Positions 39,001-47,526 of a DNA stretch of 64,000 nucleotides are shown piece after piece. The stretch is taken from IMG/VR virus record IMGVR_UViG_3300033066_001625, positions 1 through 64,000 of that record; one strand, 5' to 3'. The notes beneath the pieces are model-generated. The model did not search any database. It saw nothing but the letters and a program-made list of their open reading frames with translations, and was not told the origin of the DNA. Position 1 is the stretch's first letter. Each line of letters opens with the position of its first letter. The translations under genes were made by a program, and so were the position numbers. Source of the stretch: a virus (Duplodnaviria > Caudoviricetes).

Positions 39001-42000
39001 AACCTCTTTTATTCAGGGACCTACTTTAACAGCCATCAAAAACATAGGTAAGACTATTTCTCATATTGAGCCAGAAGTAATAGAATCTGTTTTCCAAAAC
39101 TGGTCTTTGGGCAGCAGCTTATTGAATCCAGAATCTATTACCACTACAGGTTCATTTCAATTGTTACCAACTAAATATGAAAATGGCGTTCTGATAGATT
39201 CAGCAGACCAATCAATTAGTTTCCCCTTCAACTCTAATATCAGATTGGAAGAAGGAACTTTTGAAACTTGGATTAGTCCGTCTTGGAATGGATTAGACAA
39301 TGATGCTGCCTTAACTTTCAATATTCAAAAAGATGGTTACACGGTTAATCCGGCTTTTGTGTTTATTGGGGCGGGTGAAAATCACCCACAAATGAATGAT
39401 GGAATCTTTTCACTTACTAAATTGAGTGATGCTGTGGGTGTACCCAATAAAAACAAAGATGGAATTTTTATTTACTATGATAAAGACATCTCTGGTAGTT
39501 TCTTAAGATGGTATGTAGAAATTATTGATGGATATGTCGCGCCTACCAGTTCTAACTACAGTTTCAAAATTACTTCTACCGGTGCATTTTATGATGCCAA
39601 GAGTTTGGTAATTCCAAAACCTTCAAATCTTAGAATTACTACCGGAACTAGCACAATTAGTTTCAGTATAGTAGGTGGACCGCCAATTGACGAAGGTCTT
39701 ACTTTCGTTTCAGATGTTGATCATTACATCCTAGATGCCGGAGAAGAGAAAAGTAGAAACAGAATTTCCATCTTCAAGGATATCAGTGGTTATTTGAACT
39801 TCAGAGTATTTGATAAAGATAAAACGCCTTACATAGTAAGTGCAGATGTATCTGGATGGAAAGCGGGCGATCTACATCATGTAGCCGCTTCTTGGAAATT
39901 GAATACCAGAAACGGTAGAGATGAAATACATTTGTTTGTGGATGGTTTTGAAGTTCCTAATATCATAAAATCGGGACAAAAACTAAGACCATACCTACAT
40001 GAAAAATTCAGAACAGTTAACCCAGAAGAAATAGTTGGTTCAACCAGTGGTGATATAATTGCCTCAACTGATTTACAAACCAATGCTGGAAGCACTATCG
40101 TTACATCTAGCATAAATTTCAGTGCCTATAATATATTTGTAGGTAACACGATTTATATAGATGAAATTGGATTTTCCAATTCTGGATACACCATATTGGT
40201 AATTGACGGACAAAATTTAACCCTATCTTCCCCAATGCCACAAACATTGACCAATGGTAGGTTCTCTGTTAACAGAACCCAATTTACTGTAGTATCTGAT
40301 ATTGATGTATCTCCAAACATTGCGGTATCTACTATCAATTCATTTATAGTTGGTTCAGATATCAATGGTTTTATCGGCTCCAATGTCGTCACATCTACAT
40401 CATTAGATTTTGGGGCAGCAGAAGTACAAGTGGGTTATTTATTAAAGATAGAAGACACGTCAGTTACCGATGTGTATACTATTTTACAAGTATCAGGAAA
40501 CGTTTTAACAATCAATGGTGAATTGCCAATTAATATCACCAATACATCATACATTATCTACAATGTAGATACAGAACAAGAAATACCAGGCGTTCGCGCA
40601 CTGAGCCCAGCCTATAGCATATCTAAGGACGCTAATTTCAACAATATATTAACCATTTCTGATAAGGTAACTATCTATGATTTGATTCTTATCAGAACAC
40701 TTGGAATCAATCACAGAAGAGTGAAGAGAAATTACTATGTATGGAGTAGTGGTGTTGAAAACATTTTGATGACTAGACTGCCCGCTCCGATTTCATTGGA
40801 TGAAGTAGATATCACAAAAGTGATTTTGCAAAATACTTCTATTAGCGCTTCCAATTCAACAGAATCAGGCGGTATACTTACTTCTTTTGATTTGGTAGTT
40901 GATCAGCCCTCTCTTTCTTTAACTGGCAGAACATTGAGTGCTACTATTGCTGGAACTAATGTAGACTTTTCAACTGCCGTTCAAGTTACTGTTGATGGAA
41001 CTACAATCAGTGGACCAACTAGCGAAATAATCACTTTCAATGACTATGGTACATTAGATTCTGTAAATCAATATCTTTCCGTTAATTTTGTCAATGTAGT
41101 TGTTCAACCATTGATGCTCAACAAGGCGGCATGTACCGTTACAGTGAAAGAGAAATACTCAGTTATTCACGCAGAAAATAATGATGGCTATGCTCCAATT
41201 GTTAGATTCAGCTACCCAATTGGATATGGTTACACTTTGTATCAAAGCTCCGTGAACTCCGTCACTGATGATAATAAGTTGTTCAGTGCATTAGATATAA
41301 ATAACTACTTGGTTATTTCAGCTCCATCAGGTGCTGCGGGATTCTATTTGATTACTGATATTTCTTCAGATAGAAAAACTTTATTCGTGGAACCAACATT
41401 AGGTGGCGATGTTCCAGTCTTCAGCAATGGAACATATCAAATTCTTAATGCCAATGCTTATAGAAGTGGTTTGCAAAATGGATTCTTTACTTTTGAAATT
41501 AAAGATATGCCGGGAGTACCTTACTATTTGAATAAGGGATTCTATGAATTTGAATATTTCACTTATACAAGAATGAGTTTGGATCCAATAAACACCAAGG
41601 TATTTGTGGGTAGTGATTTCAATGGTCAATTACAACTACATGGATTGATGGATCAAGTTAAAATATACTCAGTAATGTTAACTGATACCAGAATTGGAGA
41701 AAGCATTCCAACTAATCAGCGCTCTATTACCAAAGATTTCAACTCTTTGAAGGCGTTAACCAAAGACTCTAATACTTTGATGTTAATTAGTTTTGATACT
41801 TTTCCATTCTCTAATCAAGCTGATTTCTATGTTTCCCCCACCCCAACCAAAAACCATTTCTATTCTTCTTTGGTAGTAAATGAAAACTTTGGAAATAGTT
41901 TGGTTTTGTTGGATGAACCTATTATTTTGTCCAATGATGGTATTTTGAATACCAGAAAAGAAGGCACTATAGAGTTTTGGATGAGTCCATTGTTTGATAC

Positions 42001-43207
42001 ATCCAATGATCCTCATAAGAGATTTTATTTTGATGCTTTTGGAGCTGTAACAGAAGATGTAGTAAGTGTCAACAGTGTTTCATTGAAGCTGTCTGCCCCT
42101 GCCAGCCAAATTTTAAGCGTTCACTTGAAGAGCGGAGACCCCCGTATAGATTACTTTGCTGGAGGAAAGATAGAAATTGATACGCAAAACGCTATGCAGG
42201 AAGCTAGTACCAGTGTAGGTAATAACTCAGTAGCCGTCTCTCATCCAATTCTACAAGTGATTACTGTTAAAATAGCCAATGACCCAACCAATACAGATTA
42301 TTTTGTTGATGGTGCTATTGGTACAGATATGAAGACTATCTATTTAGGAAAGTTGTTGCCAGCGAACAATGTACCAGTTGTTGTAACTTATCAATCTACA
42401 GAGAATAACAATCAAAACATCAATACACAAGTTGTAAGACTTAATAGAAAACTGCCATATCATAAGTCACATGTGACTGTAAATTATGTGCCAAAAGGAT
42501 TGCAAGGCGATCGTATAGCTATCTTCAAAGATGAAGTAGGATACATAAACTTCGCTATTACTGCTTCGGGCAAGGACTATGTATTAAGGGCACCAACGTA
42601 TTGGTCTAAAAATACTTGGCATAGAGTAAAAGCTAGTTACCGTGTGAACAGCGGATCAGCTACCGATGAAATGAGATTGTTCTTAGATGGTTACCAGTAC
42701 AACAATGTTCTATTTGGAACTGATTTGATATGTGGCACTTCACCAGCCATCATGGGATCTGTTATAGTAGGAGATGGTTATGCTGCTCTAGGAAATATCA
42801 AATTCAAGGACTCCATTAATCAATTGTTTATTGGAACTCAATTTGATGAGCAGTTCCCGACATTCACTTTGTTGGATAACTTGAGAATAAGCAATATGTC
42901 TAGACCTATCTATGCTCCGTATGGTGAGGCAATAGATGTCAATTACTCTTCCAATTTGGATGTAGTGTTCCCTGTAACAGCAGATCTATTTACAACGTAT
43001 TTATTAAATTCTGATATAGTGTCCTCAATCAATACCGATTTCGCTATATTAAAGAATAGAGAAACTGGTTTATTTGACTTTTCGGTAAATATAATAGATT
43101 CTTTAGGTATAGTTAATAGTAGTATAAAGTCTAAAGAGGCTCTAGAGAAATTGATACGAGTTTTGAAGCCAGCCAACTCTAGGGTGTTTATCCAGTATAC
43201 TAGATGA
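36071..43207 (+). CDS. Giant baseplate wedge protein (gp7/gpI-like) with LamG/concanavalin-like domains
   Basis: Follows gpJ; contains RYRDALTAAL...GPTLTAIK and terminal IRVLKPANSRVFIQY wedge motifs; LamG motifs EGTFETW, WKAGDLHHVAASW..LFVDG, EGTIEFW, WHRVKASY..LFLDG, LDNLRIS. Confidence 0.75.
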   Translation: MQNLRIVNVQINDSSNIDVTFTENLTMGLVTSNVAIISETTGVPDSDPLILKVTGNVLSITCQPLTPLASYFIVFSSTPTNPFTSVNGEAKMFEDGVQNRYLITGPLPSDNIVREYFKSYFQDNIYDLADSNGLISKYIDSLSIALSRALYDINQVKNENYLSFTVTDEPQTRGSGPTDRLNQECAYEITRVGRGVSTANAKLVFPIDNFPAFPITLQKQDNVEQLKPSSTDQIGYFNINSLVLTLSASPVTKVNSIVFTLLTTNPTYTYDIAKYGYQIKNSRYDQEFAFDYALLSDNQIRISDKILEDPNFSLTDIFNVQIEYESKDLGRVVNETTVTVTTVKSSSREVLPPVINIFNLQHAPITNFNGDIITTTGGISFIDPNAAGSTKHPAFLYELPFRLNGLPFSPGQYSVDYTTGTVYVYGADLTNDGTGPYPPLATYNYLLTYKPEQDYVYDSDLLDLVTLPNGNLRGAQGNVNFNYEEVLVPGIDYVANIHQEVLAERVANNLVAANAVRVQNAPVTNVFRIYNETSGEIYTLDRWNNDKVYFRYNTPPAIEQLIGERVNFNNVINELLYINTSMVNSGALDVIKIFLANNSIIGGTEDGIASSFNTSLTFSDVTIFSSEKWFNRQLDEATNINRLSNLGEYLVDYTHGIIYCAVANPQNFNIGTASYKNNRIIPQFPHLISVDDIYYQISVLDQKNKKFSYDSFGDGFIIPQTLDYSDELSLNNDTNSVYQISNKTVGTFVDASFITGVTNQVKFVRSVFEYEDLFFSTKPLNFAFASTSSGFNIQVNSLTGQSFENVQFDGSDYYVIIDQNIPYFSSNISYSFQITRLSDSVSLWNGSGTIVPGNPVKLILPGIGSPVAGDLVDVTFTFTINDLSRVVVDYNKGEYYIDYTYVADEIILSYEYGDNVIDFRKNKNLPANTRYFVSYKVGALRDALLRNFGTLVNVPELANFDIDFNRERYRDALTAALTSFIQGPTLTAIKNIGKTISHIEPEVIESVFQNWSLGSSLLNPESITTTGSFQLLPTKYENGVLIDSADQSISFPFNSNIRLEEGTFETWISPSWNGLDNDAALTFNIQKDGYTVNPAFVFIGAGENHPQMNDGIFSLTKLSDAVGVPNKNKDGIFIYYDKDISGSFLRWYVEIIDGYVAPTSSNYSFKITSTGAFYDAKSLVIPKPSNLRITTGTSTISFSIVGGPPIDEGLTFVSDVDHYILDAGEEKSRNRISIFKDISGYLNFRVFDKDKTPYIVSADVSGWKAGDLHHVAASWKLNTRNGRDEIHLFVDGFEVPNIIKSGQKLRPYLHEKFRTVNPEEIVGSTSGDIIASTDLQTNAGSTIVTSSINFSAYNIFVGNTIYIDEIGFSNSGYTILVIDGQNLTLSSPMPQTLTNGRFSVNRTQFTVVSDIDVSPNIAVSTINSFIVGSDINGFIGSNVVTSTSLDFGAAEVQVGYLLKIEDTSVTDVYTILQVSGNVLTINGELPINITNTSYIIYNVDTEQEIPGVRALSPAYSISKDANFNNILTISDKVTIYDLILIRTLGINHRRVKRNYYVWSSGVENILMTRLPAPISLDEVDITKVILQNTSISASNSTESGGILTSFDLVVDQPSLSLTGRTLSATIAGTNVDFSTAVQVTVDGTTISGPTSEIITFNDYGTLDSVNQYLSVNFVNVVVQPLMLNKAACTVTVKEKYSVIHAENNDGYAPIVRFSYPIGYGYTLYQSSVNSVTDDNKLFSALDINNYLVISAPSGAAGFYLITDISSDRKTLFVEPTLGGDVPVFSNGTYQILNANAYRSGLQNGFFTFEIKDMPGVPYYLNKGFYEFEYFTYTRMSLDPINTKVFVGSDFNGQLQLHGLMDQVKIYSVMLTDTRIGESIPTNQRSITKDFNSLKALTKDSNTLMLISFDTFPFSNQADFYVSPTPTKNHFYSSLVVNENFGNSLVLLDEPIILSNDGILNTRKEGTIEFWMSPLFDTSNDPHKRFYFDAFGAVTEDVVSVNSVSLKLSAPASQILSVHLKSGDPRIDYFAGGKIEIDTQNAMQEASTSVGNNSVAVSHPILQVITVKIANDPTNTDYFVDGAIGTDMKTIYLGKLLPANNVPVVVTYQSTENNNQNINTQVVRLNRKLPYHKSHVTVNYVPKGLQGDRIAIFKDEVGYINFAITASGKDYVLRAPTYWSKNTWHRVKASYRVNSGSATDEMRLFLDGYQYNNVLFGTDLICGTSPAIMGSVIVGDGYAALGNIKFKDSINQLFIGTQFDEQFPTFTLLDNLRISNMSRPIYAPYGEAIDVNYSSNLDVVFPVTADLFTTYLLNSDIVSSINTDFAILKNRETGLFDFSVNIIDSLGIVNSSIKSKEALEKLIRVLKPANSRVFIQYTR

Positions 43208-43214
43208 GAAAACG

Positions 43215-46200
43215 ATGACAAAAAGAAGCCCAATTTCTGCTCCACAAAATATCTGGTTCGATGCTCAACAGGTTGACGATACTGATTTAACTTTGGAGCA
43301 AAACTACAACAATACTATAACTTCTGGTATAATCGGTAACCATGTTGGTTCTGGTGTATTGCCAGAGGTATTAGAACAGAATATTATTTTTGATTCTACG
43401 TTGTCTACGGGCTTTTTAGATGGTACAATAGTTCAAGCTCAACATCAACCAGCTGATAATAATCTGGGAAATCAACTTGAGATTGAATTAACGGGTTCTC
43501 AAGTTGCAGGAAAAAAAGCCATCAAGGTTTGCATTATTGGTTTGGATTTTGAAAGCAATCTACAATATGAAACTTTCTATTTCAGAACCAATGAAATACA
43601 AATTAGTCATAAGCACTTTACCAATATTTTGCTTATTCTTTTCAATGATTTTGTAGGTGATCCTACTTTGTCATTAAATTTGGGCGGTAGAATTATTATT
43701 CGTGAAGCCAATCCATTTTCATTATCTAGAAGCCCTTTGATGATTGCTCAAGATGTTGAGCCTAATCTATTCTTCAGAGATTTCTTTTTGGAAGGATATC
43801 TTTCTTTACAAGCATTGCTAAGTGCCGCTCTTCCATTTTACAATATAGATACTTTGGGGATTTTCACTGCTCCATTAGATAATCAAGTTTTATTGAAAGG
43901 AGATGTTACTACACAAATTGGACAAAAATTTGTCGCATCTACCAATAATATTCAAAAGGTTAGCCTACTACTTTCTGTTAGAAATACAGATGTAGGAGAC
44001 GAAAATGATTTGGTTTGGAATGGTGATTTAGTAATAAGCATTTACCCACTACAATCCACTATTGAATGCGCTTCTGATATCGCACCAAGTCTACCAATAG
44101 ATTTCTCACCATCCAATATTCCAGTAGCACAATTGAGTGTCAACTATAATACATTGCAGTCTTCTGGCATAATCTTAAGCTCTGTGCCACAACCTGTTGA
44201 TTTTGTATTTAGCAATACTTTGGTTGCTTCTGGAAATGTATTAACTGTCGGACACTATTATGCTGTAACCATTAAGAGATCTGGTTCTGCAAATAAATGC
44301 GACATTCTAATAGCCGTTGGATCTGATAGAGTTCCAGATTCCAGAATTACGACTTTTACTGGTACTTTGTGGGTAGATATTCCAGACCAAGATTTGTGGT
44401 TCAGAGTTTGGACTGATGCTGCAAAAGTATCAGACGGACAAATCTACGAGAATGGTCATGGCGTTGTTCTTCCAAAAACCGCTCAAGATCCAAATACTTT
44501 GGCAACTGTGGATTACTCTTTAGAAGATTTACAATTCACTGGTAACGGTGTATTTAGAGCTGTAGTTGCAGCTTCCACCGAAGAAACTACTCCTGTACCA
44601 GATCAGCGCACAGGTAATCCAATTTTATCTAGACAACAGTTTGTACCAGATGTCAAGTTGTTAAACACAATTGATATCACCAATTTAGAAAAAGCTTCTG
44701 AACCATTGGTTGTCGGCGCAATTGCAGATAAGAATATCAAGTTTTTCGATTCTATCTCATCTATCATCAATTCTAATTTATACTCCGCTACTATGGTACA
44801 CGACGAATTGATTATCAAAATTGTAGATGACTCAACAGACACAGTTAGATTTGATTCATCAGTTAACGGATTGATTACCAATTTGTTGAATGGAGATTTT
44901 GTTGGCGCCCAAATATTCCCAAATGCAAGCAACACTGGAAATTACTTCAGAATTGCGTCAGCCAAATTAGCATCATGTATTTTGGGAGATGTTGATGGTA
45001 ATGGAATCATTGATATCAATGATTTGAATATCTTAAATACATATCTAAATTACGATTTGAATACTGGTTTGCCGGCTAATACAATAGTAAATACTGATGG
45101 TATCACTACTACTTTCACCAATGGCTACAATACTTATACCGCCCCATTTAGCAATGCCTTCGGTATTAGTTTCCAATTAGTAGACCCTGCTACAGGTACC
45201 GTAGTAACCAGTGGAAGCGATGGAGTTTTAGTAGCCAATCCAAATGATAATAGACTGGCACAATTCACTAGTGCTAGCGTTTCTTTTAACACCATTATTG
45301 GTTTAGGTTCTTACAAACTTGTTCTTCTAATACCATCAAATCAAGAGAATTATGGAGGATTTGATATTACTTCCATAGATTCTTTGACAGATGTTTTGAC
45401 ACTTAGAAAGGTCTTCTTGACTGGCGATGTGTTGATGCAAATGTTGAGAGCAGATATTGATGGAGATTTCCATATCACCTATACAGATGGATATTTGCTA
45501 CAGAATTACATAGATAGAGAGGTATTAACTTCATCTCCAACTAGCACTTATCCGGGACCTTCTACCAATCCGTTCACAAAAATTGGTACTAGATTCAATG
45601 TTATTAGATTCAAATTAGAAGAGTTTATAGATAGGGCAGACGATTATTCTTCAGTGACTATAGATAGAGCAATGGCAGTTCATCCTGCCCCAGATATTTT
45701 CTTATCAGATGGATATTTTGCAAGTCATGACTTCTACATAAATCCCGTTGCTTGGTCAGTTCAAAAGCAATTGACTTGGGACGAATCACTTATAGTTACT
45801 AATAGCAAACCACGTCCTGTTCCTACCGTTTTCACCAGCTTATCTGGATTTCAAAGCAATAGCTGTCATATAGATGGTGTAACTATTGATGTATATGAAT
45901 CACAACCAGATTTTGACCAAGGTCGTGTAGATGTATTTATCCCAAATAACTTAATCATTGGTAGGGGTGGAGAGTTACATAGACCAGATGGCAATTTCTA
46001 TAAGGTAGATTTTGAAGTTGGAACTATCGTTCTAGAAATTCCTGATGGATTATTTGGTTCTGAACGCACCATTAATGTCCTGGATGACTTTATTGCTGAC
46101 TATACTGGAGATGGAAGAACTCGTTTGGGTTTCCCTTCCATGAGATTTGCTGATTGTTCATTGGTTAAGGCAGACGCTTTAACTAATGATCAACTAAGAT

Positions 46201-47213
46201 TCTCTGTAGCAGTACAGTCTTTCTCTCCAAATACAAATGGATTAAGTGTCGATGGATATGGCGGAGCCATTGTAGATGGTAAGATTGGTGTCTCCATTGA
46301 TTATAGTACCGGATTGTTAACACTTAACTTTACAAACTTATATCAAGATGCCGTTCTACAAACTTTAAGCACCAAGATTCAAATTAACGTCTTCTTGAAA
46401 AAGGGCGGATTTAACAATCAAACACTGTTCGTAGATTCTGGAAAAATGCAGAATATGTTGAAGCTTATCAGCGTATTCAGTGGTAACGTGGACGGCGGAC
46501 CATCAGCTTTGGTAGATTTACAAAATGATGTAGCGGGCGTATTACCAATCATTCATGGTGGTACTGGATTGAATGACGTAGGTACTTTCGGAACAGTATT
46601 GACCAGCAACGGAAGCGGATTGAGCTATCAGTTCATTTTTGATATGGTTGGTGTTATTCCATTCTCCACTGGTATCCCTGATGCTGATAGAATTCCAAAA
46701 ACAGATGGATATGGATTATTGGATCCAAGCTTCATGTATAAGAACCCGATGTACGTCTATGGTACTGCCGGAATCTTTTCAAATGATAGCGCTACTCCAA
46801 TTGTTATTGGAGCATTTCCATTTAGATTTGATTCTTATATCTTAGAAGGATTGCAGAGTATCAATCTGGAAGTAATATTGGAAACCACCAATAGCTTGAA
46901 TACAGCGCAAATTCAATTGTTTAATGTTGCCACGGCTTCTTATGTTAATATCAGCGGTGGAACTATTTTGTCAACCACAAATACGTCACCAACTTTATTA
47001 ACATCTAATGATATCAAATCTCTATTATCTGGGGGTGCAACGAACTTTGTGTACGAAGTTCATTTGAGCTTATCTCCATCCAGCGGATCAGATATTGCAG
47101 TCTGTAAAATGGCACGTTTGGTAATGACTTATAACAATCCATATGGAGCAGCCCCGCCATTGGCTCATAGTTCCAATTTTGTTCCTTATCTACCATCTCC
47201 AACTCCAATGTAA
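43215..47213 (+). CDS. Tail fibre/baseplate-associated protein with dockerin-like EF-hand repeats
   Basis: N-terminal WFDAQQVDDTDLTLEQ.Y fibre-attachment-type motif; GDVDGNGIIDINDL and ADIDGDFHITYTDG; LPIIHGGTG fibre motif. Confidence 0.7.
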   Translation: MTKRSPISAPQNIWFDAQQVDDTDLTLEQNYNNTITSGIIGNHVGSGVLPEVLEQNIIFDSTLSTGFLDGTIVQAQHQPADNNLGNQLEIELTGSQVAGKKAIKVCIIGLDFESNLQYETFYFRTNEIQISHKHFTNILLILFNDFVGDPTLSLNLGGRIIIREANPFSLSRSPLMIAQDVEPNLFFRDFFLEGYLSLQALLSAALPFYNIDTLGIFTAPLDNQVLLKGDVTTQIGQKFVASTNNIQKVSLLLSVRNTDVGDENDLVWNGDLVISIYPLQSTIECASDIAPSLPIDFSPSNIPVAQLSVNYNTLQSSGIILSSVPQPVDFVFSNTLVASGNVLTVGHYYAVTIKRSGSANKCDILIAVGSDRVPDSRITTFTGTLWVDIPDQDLWFRVWTDAAKVSDGQIYENGHGVVLPKTAQDPNTLATVDYSLEDLQFTGNGVFRAVVAASTEETTPVPDQRTGNPILSRQQFVPDVKLLNTIDITNLEKASEPLVVGAIADKNIKFFDSISSIINSNLYSATMVHDELIIKIVDDSTDTVRFDSSVNGLITNLLNGDFVGAQIFPNASNTGNYFRIASAKLASCILGDVDGNGIIDINDLNILNTYLNYDLNTGLPANTIVNTDGITTTFTNGYNTYTAPFSNAFGISFQLVDPATGTVVTSGSDGVLVANPNDNRLAQFTSASVSFNTIIGLGSYKLVLLIPSNQENYGGFDITSIDSLTDVLTLRKVFLTGDVLMQMLRADIDGDFHITYTDGYLLQNYIDREVLTSSPTSTYPGPSTNPFTKIGTRFNVIRFKLEEFIDRADDYSSVTIDRAMAVHPAPDIFLSDGYFASHDFYINPVAWSVQKQLTWDESLIVTNSKPRPVPTVFTSLSGFQSNSCHIDGVTIDVYESQPDFDQGRVDVFIPNNLIIGRGGELHRPDGNFYKVDFEVGTIVLEIPDGLFGSERTINVLDDFIADYTGDGRTRLGFPSMRFADCSLVKADALTNDQLRFSVAVQSFSPNTNGLSVDGYGGAIVDGKIGVSIDYSTGLLTLNFTNLYQDAVLQTLSTKIQINVFLKKGGFNNQTLFVDSGKMQNMLKLISVFSGNVDGGPSALVDLQNDVAGVLPIIHGGTGLNDVGTFGTVLTSNGSGLSYQFIFDMVGVIPFSTGIPDADRIPKTDGYGLLDPSFMYKNPMYVYGTAGIFSNDSATPIVIGAFPFRFDSYILEGLQSINLEVILETTNSLNTAQIQLFNVATASYVNISGGTILSTTNTSPTLLTSNDIKSLLSGGATNFVYEVHLSLSPSSGSDIAVCKMARLVMTYNNPYGAAPPLAHSSNFVPYLPSPTPM

Positions 47214-47222
47214 TTTAATTTC

Positions 47223-47263
47223 GCCCACTTGACAGGTAATTTGCGAGAATTACCTTGGTGGGT
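47223..47263 (+). terminator. GNRA-capped hairpin at the end of the structural operon
   Basis: AGGTAATTT-GCGA-GAATTACCT core (47234-47255), extendable by GCCCAC/GTGGGT. Confidence 0.45.
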
Positions 47264-47273
47264 GGGTAAAGCT

Positions 47274-47510
47274 ATGATTTACGGAAAAGTCAGAGAAAAG
47301 ATGGAAAAAGTATTGCCATACTTTTTGTTCGCTTTTAATCCAAATGACAAGACACTCATTATGGTTTATACGGAAAGTTTTAACAAAATAACTCCGAACA
47401 CCAAGCCATTTGTTGTGCAAAATACGGTAAACAATACTTTCGAGTATGAACAAGAAACTTATTCTGAGGATGAGTTTTGCAGATTGCTTGATCTATTAGT
47501 TTTTACCTGA
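47274..47510 (+). CDS. Small hypothetical protein, 'KAF-tail' family (degenerate: ...RLLDLLVFT*)
   Basis: ATG 47274 preferred over TTG 47229; the C-terminus resembles four other small ORFs. Confidence 0.6.
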   Translation: MIYGKVREKMEKVLPYFLFAFNPNDKTLIMVYTESFNKITPNTKPFVVQNTVNNTFEYEQETYSEDEFCRLLDLLVFT

Positions 47511-47526
47511 TGATATAGGATTCGAC

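Noticed and set aside
12659-47213. Interpretation as a bacterial eCIS/tailocin or T6SS locus
   Set aside because: The block is contiguous with DnaB, loader, SF2 helicase, NrdJ, sigma and tubulin genes and has a G/GT frameshift chaperone, which fits a phage genome.
47229-47255. TTGACA as a sigma70 -35 box
   Set aside because: There is no acceptable -10 hexamer at 16-18 nt spacing; the sequence is better explained as part of a hairpin.
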